A DNA stretch of 63,797 bases, filler included, from Stramenopiles sp. TOSAG23-2 (taxonomy: Eukaryota), in assembly GCA_900128395.1 (NCBI GenBank). It is 48 parts of 48 records of this genome, joined end to end, with 100 filler letters (N's around TTAATTAATTAA, not from the genome) between each part and the next. Parts side by side here need not be neighbours in the genome. Positions count along the whole stretch, not along the records: positions 1 to 1,239 come from LT653379.1; positions 1,340 to 2,578 come from LT653380.1; positions 2,679 to 3,917 come from LT653381.1; positions 4,018 to 5,256 come from LT653382.1; positions 5,357 to 6,595 come from LT653383.1; positions 6,696 to 7,934 come from LT653384.1; positions 8,035 to 9,273 come from LT653385.1; positions 9,374 to 10,611 come from LT653386.1; 40 more parts are not named here. One strand, written 5' to 3'. The notes beneath the pieces are model-generated. The model saw only the letters and a list, made by a program, of their open reading frames with translations. It was not told the origin of the DNA and searched no databases. The translations under genes and the position numbers were made by a program. Below, piece by piece: positions 1 to 12,118 of this stretch; position 1 is the stretch's first letter, and every line of letters starts with the position of its first letter.

Positions 1-321
1 CTCGTAAAGTACTTGGCGACCCTGGTTTACTTCGTAGCTAGGGTATTTATAAATTTTTAGGACGGCTCCATTCCAACTATCCCCAAACGTGTCCTGGCCA
101 CTAACTTGAAATGATCTAGATGTATCTACTCCGCTCACTTTGATATCAAATCTATTTGATGAAGTACCACTAGCAAATGTGGAACCGTCTTGTTTAATCC
201 ACCAGCGAACTTCTGATCTGTAATTACCGTCTGTTAGATCAACGTAAAAATCAACAACGCAACAATTACATGTTATGCTAAAGCTTATAAACAATAATAA
301 TATTTGTGATATTGTAGACAT
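1..321 (-). CDS. Secreted protein, N-terminal part (signal peptide; D-x-F/Y-G-D-x-W-N-G motif), runs off the window start
   Basis: Manual translation from ATG at 321: MSTISQILLLFISFSITCNCCVVDFYVDLTDGNYRSEVRWWIKQDG...QDTFGDSWNGAVLKIY; open to base 1; not in the ORF track. Confidence 0.7.
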   Translation of the reverse strand, partial: MSTISQILLLFISFSITCNCCVVDFYVDLTDGNYRSEVRWWIKQDGSTFASGTSSNRFDIKVSGVDTSRSFQVSGQDTFGDSWNGAVLKIYKYPSYEVNQGRQVLYE

Positions 322-594
322 TATATTATTTTTGATTATAATATTGTTTTTCTTAAATGATGATAATAAAATAATAATAAAATATTACCTTCTTTTTGTT
401 TAAATGAGATTTCGTTATATTTTATTAAAATTAAATTAGATAATGATAATAAAATGAAAAGCAACATAGATAACTTCCTTTATCTTGTTGTAACATTATC
501 TCTGTTTTGCAGTTGCTTTTTTGACTTGCATGTATTCAACTTTGGTCGTCCAGTTTTGGTAGTTGGGATACTCTTGTATCTTCTTCTTGTATTG

Positions 595-758
595 AAATAC
601 AGCTATTGTAAGTAATGCATGCTGTAAGGTGCAATCCAGCTATATATCGCCCAAACCGAAGGAAGAAAATAAGAAAATACAGCTATTGTAAGTAATGCAT
701 GCTGTAAAGTGCAATCCAGCTATATATCGCCCAAACCGAAGGAAGAAAATAAGAAAAT
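595..758. repeat. Tandem duplication, 80-bp unit x2
   Basis: agctattgtaagtaatgcatgctgta...ggaagaaaataagaaaat at 601 and 681, one mismatch. Confidence 0.9.
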
Positions 759-1239
759 GAAAAACCCGAACTACGTAGGAGGATATTATACCTGGTAAAA
801 TAGAGAAAAACCTCTCTATAACTATAAAATCTATAAAGCGAGGTAGCGCGACAGCCTTTTTTTAGAAAGAAGCGAAGCGCACATGCGTTTAACAGTTTAT
901 TTTTCCTTTTATTATTTAGTAGTACTATTATAACTACATACTATTGAATAGAATCATATATAATATATATATATATATATATGTATATGTACATGGTCAG
1001 TTATGTTATCCAAATTATTGAAAAAAAACGCCATCCAAAATAGCAGTTACCTTCCTTATTGATTGTATTTATTTATCTGGATCTTTGGTATACATAGTAA
1101 ACATACTTAGCTATAATACTTAATCTATGTCTAGAAAAAGAAATTATATCCCTATAGGATATTTCTAATTAAAATTAACAGCTGTTGTAAATAATTAAAT
1201 AAACAAGTGTTGTATTTATAACAGCGATATACAGTAAAT

Positions 1240-1339
1240 NNNNNNNNNNNNNNNNNNNNNNNNNNNNNNNNNNNNNNNNNNNNTTAATTAATTAANNNNN
1301 NNNNNNNNNNNNNNNNNNNNNNNNNNNNNNNNNNNNNNN
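1240..1339. other. Artificial contig-joining spacer N44-TTAATTAATTAA-N44 (first of 47, recurring every ~1.33 kb)
   Basis: Identical 100-bp structure at each junction; the 12-mer has stops in all six frames; contig lengths fall steadily from 1239 to ~1220 bp. Confidence 0.98.
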
Positions 1340-1388
1340 TTAAATTTTCTGCTTTATCTTTTGATTCTCTTTTTGCTAATGCAGACAT
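1340..1388 (-). CDS. 5' end of unknown gene (MSALAKRESKDKAENL...)
   Basis: ATG at 1388; identical in the homologous contig (15909-15957, + strand) while the adjacent non-coding DNA diverges. Confidence 0.6.
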
Positions 1389-1664
1389 ATTTGTTTGTGT
1401 ATATTTATGTATATATCTATATATCTTGTTGTGTGTAATATATGTATATATATGTATGTGTGTATTTGTGATAATGATATAAAATATCCTGTATATTTTC
1501 TTCTACTTAGTATGTACTTTGACTTCTTCCATCTTGTACATCACACACACACAATATATTAATATATATTGGCATATCGGCCAAACCTGTTATTATTCAC
1601 ACATATAACTAACTGTCAGATCATCTTCTCATTTAGCAACTGTATCGCAGTGCTAAATAACTAA

Positions 1665-1937
1665 ACAGCTGACATTTAAAATGAACAATTTTCACCTCCG
1701 CTTAGTTCACCTCCGGAAGTACTATTGACCTTAAAGTAGGCACTTTTTTTTGATCGAATACGAAAATATACTAAATTATTATAATCCATGTATTAATTGT
1801 ACATTAATGATTTAGGTAAAGTGATGGGATGTAATAATTTCGGTCAATTTTGGTGAAGATTAGAATTGGATGAAATTTATAACTTCCGGAGGTGAACTTA
1901 GCGGAGGTGAAAATTGTTCATTTTAAATGTCAGCTGT
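1665..1937. mobile_element. MITE with 56-bp terminal inverted repeats (CAGCTG...CAGCTG termini)
   Basis: acagctgacatttaaaatgaacaattttcacctccgcttagttcacctccggaagt (1665-1720) matches the reverse complement of 1882-1937 with one mismatch; AT-rich non-coding interior; absent from the homologous contig 14722-15957. Confidence 0.85.
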
Positions 1938-2181
1938 AATGCTATGTTGATGTCTAAAACAAAGTGCCCATTTTTCACAAATACATGAAAAATAAAATTG
2001 GCATTTTAGAAAACGATATATATATTTCCCATAGTGAATAGTGTTATAATAGTACACATAGTTTTCGTTTGTTGATAAGGGAAAGGAAGGAGGAAATAAA
2101 CAGAAGATGAACAATTCAAGTACTGTATAAATTCAGTAGTTGACGACTGCCAGGACTGCTCTGCTGAGAGGATCTGATGAT

Positions 2182-2245
2182 GATGTGCCACAGATTAGCA
2201 TACAAATTAACATAAGTCCTATTTATATGCTAAATAGGTACAAAA
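2182..2245 (+). repeat. Solo/partial TIR of the MITE family seen complete at 37602-37787
   Basis: gtgccacagattagcatac...taaataggtaca resembles 37605-37662; a degenerate reverse copy lies at ~7706-7770. Confidence 0.6.
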
Positions 2246-2554
2246 AAAAAGTGTTTCGATCTATATTTAAGGTTTTTTATCGAGTTTTGGCAGTTAAAAA
2301 AACACAACAAAAATAATTTTTATTTTTTACAAAAAATAAATAATTTGAAAAAAGTGTTACACACGACTCTTCCTGTTTGTATATATCATTATTCGAAACA
2401 ATACATTTGTTGTATTTGTATTATTAATAATAACATATTTCATTTCAATTCATTGTTATTGTTATTATATTAATTGAATTTGTTGTTGTTTTGAAACTGT
2501 AGTAAACAACGACAACAACTAAAAGTTAGTTTGTATTGATTTTCAAAATTAATC

Positions 2555-2578
2555 ATGTCCTTTGGTGGAAGACAAAGT
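2555..2578 (+). CDS. 5' end of unknown gene (MSFGGRQS...)
   Basis: ATG at 2555, identical in the homologous contig (14722-14745, - strand). Confidence 0.5.
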
Positions 2579-2889
2579 NNNNNNNNNNNNNNNNNNNNNN
2601 NNNNNNNNNNNNNNNNNNNNNNTTAATTAATTAANNNNNNNNNNNNNNNNNNNNNNNNNNNNNNNNNNNNNNNNNNNNACATTGATTGATTTTATTGTGT
2701 GTAAATATTACAGAAACATATATATATATATATATGTGTGTATCAAATGGAATAGATGTTGTGACATATATAGCAGTGGTAAAATATAGAGGTTGTGAGC
2801 GTATTTCTGTTTTTGTTTTATTTATTTAGTTATCGCCCAGTTGTCGTCTCTCGTCTACGTGTGATTTATATCTATAAAATATATATATC

Positions 2890-3669
2890 ATGAAAAAATA
2901 TAATCCTCGTCTTATTTTCAATTGTATATTTTGTGCTTTATTGATTATATATATCATTTATCAAATATTATTAGTTGCAAATCTTCCTGATTATTTTAAA
3001 CGTAATCTTCCATACCTCTACCACCATCCACATCACGTCATGTCACGTTTAGTAATCATAATGATCCGGATGAATATGGACAAGTGAAACCACCATCTCT
3101 CGCGGAAAGATGTATCAATTCACCATTATCAAGAAGAATGAAAGCTAGGAAACCAAATTTACCTCCACGTAAAAAATATCATATTGATTATAGAAATTTA
3201 GGTAAGCGTAAGAAAGTAAATAAAGATAAAGGTAAAAAAAACAAGCAACAAGGTAAAGAAGAAGAAGAAGAAGAAGAAGAAAAAGAGCAACAAAATAAAG
3301 AGGATCAAGGTAATAATAAAGATAAAGAGCAAGAGAAAGAACAGGAAGGTAATAAAACAGTAGAAAGAAAAAATGATGGAAATGAAAGAACAATTACCGA
3401 AACAGGGATGGTCAATGGGGAGGAGATGCAAGAAAAGAAGAAGGTGTAAAAAGTATTATATATTTTTGGGGTTTTCTTTATTAATATTTATAGCTGAGCA
3501 TACTGCTGTGCTATATGGTGCTACCTTGTATTTACCTGCTATACTAATATTATTTTTTGCGAATTGCGAATCTCGACGAGACGGAAATATTACATTGTTT
3601 ATAAATACATCATGGATTAGACCGATAATACCCATATATAAAAAGGTAAAATACGAAGGAGTAAAGTAA
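2890..3669 (+). pseudogene. Probable membrane protein gene broken into three frames (TM segment, K/E-rich region, TM segments)
   Basis: ORFs 2890-3087, 3084-3449 and 3373-3669 overlap end-to-start; either frameshift errors or decay. Confidence 0.3.
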
Positions 3670-4017
3670 CATAGATTAGGAGAAATCAATCAAGATCAGT
3701 ATTGAATAAACCATCTCAAAGGCACAAGATAGTGAATATTTATATATACATAAACTAATTACCCAATATTTTTAAAATTTTATTTTATTTTCTTCATATT
3801 AGTTTGAAATAATTTTAAAAAGCCTATATATATATATATTTATAATTGATAACCATTTATATATAGATTTATTCGAAGAACAACGAAAGCGATGACAGAT
3901 ATCAATAATAGAACGAANNNNNNNNNNNNNNNNNNNNNNNNNNNNNNNNNNNNNNNNNNNNTTAATTAATTAANNNNNNNNNNNNNNNNNNNNNNNNNNN
4001 NNNNNNNNNNNNNNNNN

Positions 4018-4794
4018 TTGTATCCCATCAATAGTTGTATCCCCCCATGAACTTCCTGGTTCAGTCAAATAAAAATATTGATATAAAACATGCAATAGCT
4101 TTCGGGTATATTGTAGACCATCAAACAATGCTACCATCCATATAATCCAGGGACACCAAAATATATATGTCCAATCCCACCAAATGACTTGGTCGACACG
4201 TAAAGCAATAAATAATGACGTAATATAGACTGGATCTGCGGGGAAACCTTCAGGAACATTACATCCACATGATAAACGTTTATCTTTGAAAAAATACAAA
4301 ATACTTTGTGCAATCAATGCGATGTACAATGGAAATAATAAGACTGTTGCACCAAGCGTCGTGTTTCCATTTAATTTAAAACATAATAATATTAAAACTA
4401 TTGATATGGTAAACCAAAATATTAAATGATTAATATGTTCAATAATATAAGTTTTCGTTCGTCTTCTTCGGTTGGATAAACGCAATTCATATGACGTTGC
4501 AATTGTATTGATGATCGTACCAATCCATACAGGGATAAAAATAATTTGCCATTGTACGGATTGAAATTCTGAATATTGGAGCTTCATTTTGATTAATAGC
4601 GCCTCAATAGCAATTAACAATAATAATATTGGTAAATAAATTTGTTTCAAAAATTGCATATATTTATGATATCTAAAGTCCGTATCTGATAGTGGTGATG
4701 GGTTATATCCTGTTGTTCTACCACGGCTACCAGTGCCATTGGTCGGGTTTGCTCCAGCAATACCCACCTCATCATCATCATTTATATTATGCAT
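4018..4794 (-). CDS. TMEM185/TMEM60-like multi-pass membrane protein, 3'-partial
   Basis: Repeated WxxIFxPxW and LK/RxD-type units: WQIIFIPVW, FKLNG, VLLFPLY, ALRVDQVIWWDWTYIFWCPW. Confidence 0.7.
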
Positions 4795-5204
4795 TGTTTC
4801 CTTTATTTGTCTTTGTATATATATATATATATCTTGATCATTATCATTCTATCTTTCCTCTCTCCAATATGAATATATATAGTTATAAATAATTGCAGTA
4901 TTTATTTTTACGACTTCTGGACTTCATTGATGATGATGAAAGAAAAAAGAGACATATCAAACAACAACAACAGGAACACAGCATGGTAAAACATTAACAT
5001 GGACACACCATTGTCTTAAAGAAATAAACCCTGATACTAACCCACACATCAGAACCAACAAACCAAAAAGCAAAAAGCACATACACGCCACAAACAACAA
5101 ACAAAACACGACGCATAATATATTGTTGTAAGAATTTATAGAAAAGATGGAAATGTAGTAATAGCACATATATATATATAATTTGCATACAAAGAAACGA
5201 AAAT

Positions 5205-5256
5205 ATGGCTTCATTGGCAACATCAAATCCAGCAAGTACAGATGAAACGAAGAAAA
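5205..5256 (+). CDS. 5' end of unknown gene, divergent from the TMEM185-like gene (MASLATSNPASTDETKK)
   Basis: ATG after an A-rich leader, open to the contig end. Confidence 0.4.
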
Positions 5257-5356
5257 NNNNNNNNNNNNNNNNNNNNNNNNNNNNNNNNNNNNNNNNNNNN
5301 TTAATTAATTAANNNNNNNNNNNNNNNNNNNNNNNNNNNNNNNNNNNNNNNNNNNN

Positions 5357-5832
5357 TAATGGCTGAAAGATTTTGTATTGAAAATTGTCACCACTTTACA
5401 GAAGAGGAAGAGCACCGTTTGGAATATACTTGTTTACATGCTGATTTTTCATCTTTATTTGAATCGCATATACAGCGATTTATAGATGCACGTGGAGTTA
5501 GTGATAGGAAATTTTTTAAATTGTTAAGGAAAGCACAAGAAAATAATGAAGAATCCGCTGAATTTATTAATATTTTCTTAGCATCTTGTGAATATGATGC
5601 TTTCGTACATTTAATGCGTTTCATGAAACAAAAAATGATTGATTTAGGTGATCCGAGAATGATAAATAATACTGTAAATAATAATACAAATGACGATAAT
5701 ATCGGTGCTAAAATAGATGAAGAAGAAGATCATGATGGTAATGGAGATGATGTAGTTGTAGTGGAAGGGCAAGGAATGGCAATGTTGAATGCTCTTATGG
5801 GTGGTGGTGGCAATTATAATAATAAAAAGTAA
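5357..5832 (+). CDS. BART/ARL2-binding domain protein (CFAP36-like), 5'-partial
   Basis: EHRLEYTCLHADFSSLFESHIQRFI...FINIFLASCEYDAFVHLM matches the ARL2_Bind_BART pattern. Confidence 0.8.
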
Positions 5833-6115
5833 AATAGATAAAATATATAAGATATATATATATACACACACGAGAGATTAATACTTTTCGTATAAAATAC
5901 GAAGCCTAGTAAATGTACGCGTATTTTAATTCTTTTATTTCTATTCGTGATAATTCCACTACTCTCCAAAAAGAATAAATTAATTATAAAAGTAGACCCA
6001 TACTTGATAATATAAAAAAAATAAAAATATTCACGCATACACTTCTTTGTGCAAAACATACCGAACGTACATTATGACAGGCGTCAAAACGCATTACATC
6101 TTCTTCAAGAATTCA

Positions 6116-6280
6116 ATTGACATATCCTAAATTTTTCAACCATACTTTTGCTTTGTCAGGCCAATCGCATACTTCCTGCATTTGTACTTAAATGCATAAA
6201 ATATTATATTGAATTTTGATACGGTGCAGTTGCATCATCTTCCGCTGCTGCTAAAAATGCTTGTGGTGTATCTTTATTCT
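6116..6280 (-). pseudogene. Degenerate C-terminal fragment of an alpha/beta-hydrolase (esterase-like)
   Basis: DTPQAFLAAAEDDATAPYQNSI*YFMHL, then in another frame EVCDWPDKAKVWLKNLGYVN*; in-frame stop plus apparent deletion. Confidence 0.4.
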
Positions 6281-6695
6281 TACATTTTTTTTGTCGATGA
6301 TTTTTAGATCTTCAGAGCTACATTTGCCTTAAAATCTAGATTGGCTTGAATTTGATAGGTACAAATATCCGTAAAGTATACATAATATACTAGGGATATA
6401 TGGACACAGCGCTGTTGATTGTACTTCCAACTATACTAAGAATCCTTAATAATACAAAAGGACGTGATGTCACCTCCTCACACTTAATATTCTTCCTCCT
6501 CATATACTCACTTCCTTCCTCACCATCGAATCGCACATTATTCTCACCACAATATACAATTAAAATAGAATCTATCTTGCAAAATAGAATAGAGANNNNN
6601 NNNNNNNNNNNNNNNNNNNNNNNNNNNNNNNNNNNNNNNTTAATTAATTAANNNNNNNNNNNNNNNNNNNNNNNNNNNNNNNNNNNNNNNNNNNN

Positions 6696-7291
6696 TGCTA
6701 CGTTTCATTTGATCACTTAATTGACTATCATTGAAAGTGGTCTCCTCGCGAAGTATATTTTCATTCAGATCAATTAATAACGAGCTTTCACCACCATCTA
6801 ATTTATTTCCATCTTTTGATGTATTTTTATCCATTAATCTTTTCATCATATCATCTACATCTTTCCCTTCTTCATACTCTTGTTGCTCCGCAGTAACGAG
6901 ATCGATTCTTAATTTATTGATATATTCAACCATAGAATCAATTTTCTTAACATTTGATTTATATTGATTATAATATTCACATAATTTATAACACCAATTG
7001 GTTGTTACATTTAAAACGGTCCATAAATGCTCTGCTTTCTTATCATCACTAAATTGAGATTTTCTTCTTGATAAATCACTTCTATTTTCTTTAATTAATG
7101 GCACCATCGTTTTAACCATATTTTTCCTTATCTTTTGCTTTTCATAAAATACCATATTACGCCGTACCTTACTAGGATCAACTAATTCTGTAGAAGAATA
7201 TGTAATACCAAGCAAGACTAACATGTCAACAATATTTTTAGCCACGTTGCTTTTTTTTTGGTTTTCGCTTTTTATGTGGTGGTCGCATCAT
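6696..7291 (-). CDS. Hypothetical coiled-coil protein, 3'-partial; probable start 7291 with a frameshift in the A9 run at 7251-7259
   Basis: ORF 6696-7245 lacks an upstream in-frame ATG; MMRPPHKKRKPKK lies just upstream in another frame. Confidence 0.45.
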
Positions 7292-7541
7292 GATGATGTG
7301 ATTTACGATGTATGTATGTATGTCTATGTTTATATTATATATTACACGCACACACACACACACGTTAATAGTTTGATGTTCCTGGTTTAGTTTTACATAT
7401 TATATAGTATATTATCAATGCCTTTGTATATTCATGAAAGGAGAAAATGTGTCCCAATAATAATATATATACTATTAATACCATATTTCTAACTTCTAAA
7501 ACTTTTTACTACTGTGGTACTGATGTAAATTGTTTGTACTG

Positions 7542-7631
7542 TGTGTACGTTGGCTTGTACTTAAACTGAGCGTGGCCCTATCAGGTTTATTATTATATAC
7601 TGACTGTTTTGTATAAGGGCCAACGTACACA
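7542..7631. repeat. Short inverted-repeat element (13-bp perfect arms, ~90 bp), possible tiny MITE
   Basis: tgtgtacgttggc (7542-7554) / gccaacgtacaca (7619-7631). Confidence 0.55.
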
Positions 7632-8034
7632 ACACCACAATACAAGTTTTTTTAATTATAGCTTACTTATAGTAGTAAATCAATGAAAAACCTTACATAC
7701 ATGATTTATGTACCTATTTAGCATATATAATAATACTTAAAATGTTATTTATATCCTAATTTGTGTCATCCGTATTATGGCCTTATTATTATATATACAT
7801 TTATTATATACTAACCTAGGTTGTGTGAATATTTCTTTTATTATATACGGTTGCATATATATATACATTATTGTTTATATAATTAGATGGTGGTGAAAGC
7901 TCGTTATTAATTGATCTGAATGAAAATATACTTCNNNNNNNNNNNNNNNNNNNNNNNNNNNNNNNNNNNNNNNNNNNNTTAATTAATTAANNNNNNNNNN
8001 NNNNNNNNNNNNNNNNNNNNNNNNNNNNNNNNNN

Positions 8035-9273
8035 AAGCCGTGACGTCCGTGTTTGGTATGCCCAGAATCAACATTTTCAATTACACATGGATCTTGGGCG
8101 TTAACAACAGTAGTAATGGCAAAATTTAACATCGTATTGGATTGTGGCATACCACAAGTAGCAGGGGAGCTTCTTGCTGGGAACTCTTCACTTCCAGATC
8201 CAACATTGCATCGCGAAACCAATATGTCGACCATCATTTGATGAAGGTTTCCATCTTTTACTAATTTATTTGCAAAATCTAATATATTGCTCTCGTCTTT
8301 TTTACAGATTGGGTATTTTTTTCCGACTATGCTTGGGCAGCCCCCTTCGTCTCTCTTTGCAGGCTTCACTGGTTCGATCTTTGGTGCAGCTTTGGCTGGC
8401 GGTGATGATGGCGGATGTGGAGGTGGCTTTTTTTCAGGTTTCGGTTTTTTCAGTACTGTATTAAAGCCAGCTGAACCACATTTCTCATCTAGAACCCAAC
8501 ATTCCATTCTCACTTTTTTTTTAAAATGATGGGTATGATTGTTTTCCAGGTCATAATAATCATCAATAATTTTTTTTGTGATTCGGCCTTCACGGCAAGC
8601 ACATTTTTCTTCGTGGCAATACGCTTGCCCAACTAATTTACTTGTACTTGTGCAATTTTCGTCCTTGTCAACGTAACATTCACCAACCAATTTTGGTGAT
8701 TTGCAGCCATTTGCTTCCTCTTCTTTTTTCTCTTTCTCTTCTTCGCTTTCATTCGCATCCGCAGATTTTTCATCTTTTATCTTCTCCTCGTTAGACTTCT
8801 TCTCGTCATTGGGCTGTTTCTCACCATTAGATTTTTTCTCCCTATTAGATTTTTGGTCTTTTGGTTCTGCCAAGGGATTGCTGCCGTCTATTTGCAGCCA
8901 TTTGCTTCCTCTTCTTTTTTCTCTTTCTCTTCTTCGCTTTCATTCGCATCCGCAGATTTTTCATCTTTTATCTTCTCCTCGTTAGACTTCTTCTCGTCAT
9001 TGGGCTGTTTCTCACCATTAGATTTTTTCTCCCTATTAGATTTTTGGTCTTTTGGTTCTGCCAAGGGATTGCTGCCGTCTTTATCCGGAGATTCCCCATC
9101 TTTCTTGCTTTTCTTTATTTTTTCCAAAATCAAATTCGTACCTTCTTCTTCTTTACCTGTTACCGTTCCGGTATTTTTTTTAGCTAATTCTGCTTTTCTA
9201 TGCGGCATTAGTTTTGTCGGTAACTTTTTCTTCGCGCCAACTGAATTGTCATTTTGCCCTTCAGGCGTCGATG
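8035..9273 (-). CDS. Hypothetical K/E-rich then Cys/Pro-rich protein, internal fragment interrupted by a 191-bp tandem duplication
   Basis: ORFs 8888-9208 and 8035-8873 share the duplicated peptide; period 191 is not a multiple of 3. Confidence 0.55.
8699..9080. repeat. Essentially exact tandem duplication, 191-bp unit x2
   Basis: atttgcagccatttgcttcc...gattgctgccgtct at 8699 and 8890. Confidence 0.92.
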
Positions 9274-9373
9274 NNNNNNNNNNNNNNNNNNNNNNNNNNN
9301 NNNNNNNNNNNNNNNNNTTAATTAATTAANNNNNNNNNNNNNNNNNNNNNNNNNNNNNNNNNNNNNNNNNNNN

Positions 9374-10611
9374 TGGATCAGTGAAAATACAATCAATTAT
9401 GCGACAACATATAGCACGTAAGAAATATTTTGATTTACATAAATCATCTGCTGCTATAAAAATACAAACTGAGTGGCGAAGGTATCTAGCACAAGTAGAT
9501 ACTGCTCATATTAAAATGTATATGAGAAGTGTAATCGAAATAAATCAGCTTTTTACAGAAATATGGCCGAAATATGACATTGATGGTAGTGGTACTGTTG
9601 ACGCAAATAAAACAAGAATCATGTTCGAAGACTTTACTGGGACAAAAGAAATTAACAAAAAGGAAGTCCATGATTTTTTAGTTCAAGTAGATAAAGATGG
9701 AAATGGTACATTAGAGCAAGAAGAGCTTGTTCATTTTATTGTTGAAGGTCTACAAATAACTGAAGATGAGATGACTGATTATGCATCTCGTGGACATTTC
9801 CACAAACTAATAATAGACTTTTTTCATGGAGTACAAGATGCAAAAAATGTACTTGTACGTAATGGAAAAGATGGCTTGAGAACATATTTTTATAATAAAA
9901 AAACATTTAGTTTTGTACAATCATCAGGTGCTATAAAAATACAAAGTTTATATCGTGGCCATATCGCACGTAATAAATATATGCAATTGCTTAAATCACT
10001 AGCTGCTACAAAGATACAAAAAGCAGAAGCAAAGCGTAAAGAGGAGGAAGAAGAGGCAGCTGCGAAAAAAAAAGCGGAAGAAGAAGAAAAGGCTAAACAA
10101 TTAAACCCAGGAGCTACAGTATGGTTAAAAGATGTTTACGGGAGGTGGGACGCAGAGGATGGATATGAAAAAAAACCAAGTATTTAAATGTACATTTAAT
10201 TCTAAAAAGAAAAATGGGGTGCAATTGCTTAAATCACTAGCTGCTGCAAAGGAGGAAGAAGCAGAAGCAAAGTGTAAAGAGGAGGCTTCTGCTGCAATAA
10301 AAATACAAAGTTTATATCGTGGCCATATCGCACGTAATAAATATATGCAATTGCTTAAATCACTAGCTGCTACAAAGATACAAACATTGTATCGTGGATA
10401 TGTATATAAATCATTATATAACCAAAAACAACGTGGATCAGTGAAAATACAATCAATTATGCGACAACATATAGCACGTAAGAAATATCTTGATTTACAT
10501 AAATCACCTGCTGCAACAAAAATTATAAATGCAGCTGCAACAAAAATACAAAGTTTATGTCGTGGCCATATCGCACGTAATAAATATATGCAATTGCTTA
10601 AATCACTAGCT
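9374..10611 (+). CDS. IQ-motif repeat plus EF-hand protein, internal fragment; frameshift in the A-run at ~10168-10175
   Basis: Many IQxxxRGxxxR motifs (IKIQSLYRGHIAR); EF-hand loops DIDGSGTVD and DKDGNGTLEQEE. Confidence 0.8.
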
Positions 10612-10711
10612 NNNNNNNNNNNNNNNNNNNNNNNNNNNNNNNNNNNNNNNNNNNNTTAATTAATTAANNNNNNNNNNNNNNNNNNNNNNNNNNNNNNNNN
10701 NNNNNNNNNNN

Positions 10712-10962
10712 TTTCCATACACTATTGCGTTCAAAGCACGACAACAATACTGTTGTACTGTCCCAGACTCTGCATGGCTATGCATTGATGCTACAATTAG
10801 CTGTAATAGACCTGCCCTTAAAATTTGCCTTTGCGCTAACTCATTATTATATGCTAGATTCGCAATTGCAAAGGTGATTCTTCTAGCTATATCCTCGTTA
10901 TTTGGATACGCGTGCATGGCAAATGCCAATATACATATATTTCTATATGTCATTGACGACAT
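10712..10962 (-). CDS. Armadillo-type repeat protein fragment
   Basis: AMHAYP...AIANLAYNN...AGLLQLIVASMHSH...VQQYCCRALNAI is typical of ARM-like repeats. Confidence 0.6.
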
Positions 10963-12118
10963 CTAGTTATAATATAATACACACATGCGTCGACCTATGT
11001 ATTAATATTTTTCCAATAAAGTTCTTCGAAAATGCTGGAATGCGTCACACACCAAAAAATATCCATTTACAACACTTATTAGAGGCCGTTTGCTTTTATT
11101 AACATTTATAGTGGCCAAAATACAAAAATCACTCGCCCGGCTCGCAGCACCAGACAAATCCAAGTTCATTTTTACATGCAACTACACATCATAAAATACT
11201 TTTTCAAGAATCAAAAAAATGTTGGATCAAATTTTAGCATGGAAATAACATCCCAGACGAAGAAAAATGCATTCAAAAGCAGAGCATAACATGAACATAT
11301 ATATAATTAGATGTATAAATACATGTAGAACTATGATGAAATACATTGAATACAGAGTTATACAAATATATAAACAACAAAAATACATTTATTTTTTTTT
11401 AAACATTACATGTATTATTATTCAATACAAATATCATTTTGTGGAAACTTTTTAAATGATCACATGTTGAAAAATACTTCGATTGATTATTTTACGATTG
11501 ATATACTGTACTCGTAAATGCAGTGACTTACTGATATCATATCATATCATAGCTTAAAAAAAAAGAGTTTTGAAAAAATATTACAATATTCGTATATTTT
11601 TAATACGAAAACGTATTTTTAAAATATATATCATTAAAATTAATATATGGTTAAACTTATTTTTATACGAATCGTAAAAAAAATAAGGACTAATATATAT
11701 TATTTATATAAATAGACTACGACTCGTATTCGTATATATATTTTGATACACATATATCATATTATTTTTTATACGACGTACGTTCATAGACTATGCATAG
11801 GATATATCATAAAAAAATCTATCATATTTTTTAAATATAAATACCAGCAAAAAAGTATATTTTTTTATAAAAAACAAAGTGCACCCACACACCAGCACTT
11901 TAAATACACATTTTACACGCACTTTTTCCTACTATTGCTTTACAACCTNNNNNNNNNNNNNNNNNNNNNNNNNNNNNNNNNNNNNNNNNNNNTTAATTAA
12001 TTAANNNNNNNNNNNNNNNNNNNNNNNNNNNNNNNNNNNNNNNNNNNNGATTAATAATATGTAACATATGTAAAAATGTTGGATCAGATCAACCTTTACA
12101 ATCTCATCACGCCACACC

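Noticed and set aside
846..863. Shared aaaaaaggctgtcgc motif with ~32402
   Set aside because: The match is short and partly poly-A, and I could not extend it into a convincing repeat family.
7882..7934. 53-bp inverted copy of 6750-6802 as a transposon TIR
   Set aside because: It copies coding sequence and sits exactly at the contig end, consistent with an amplification chimera or assembly-graph artefact.
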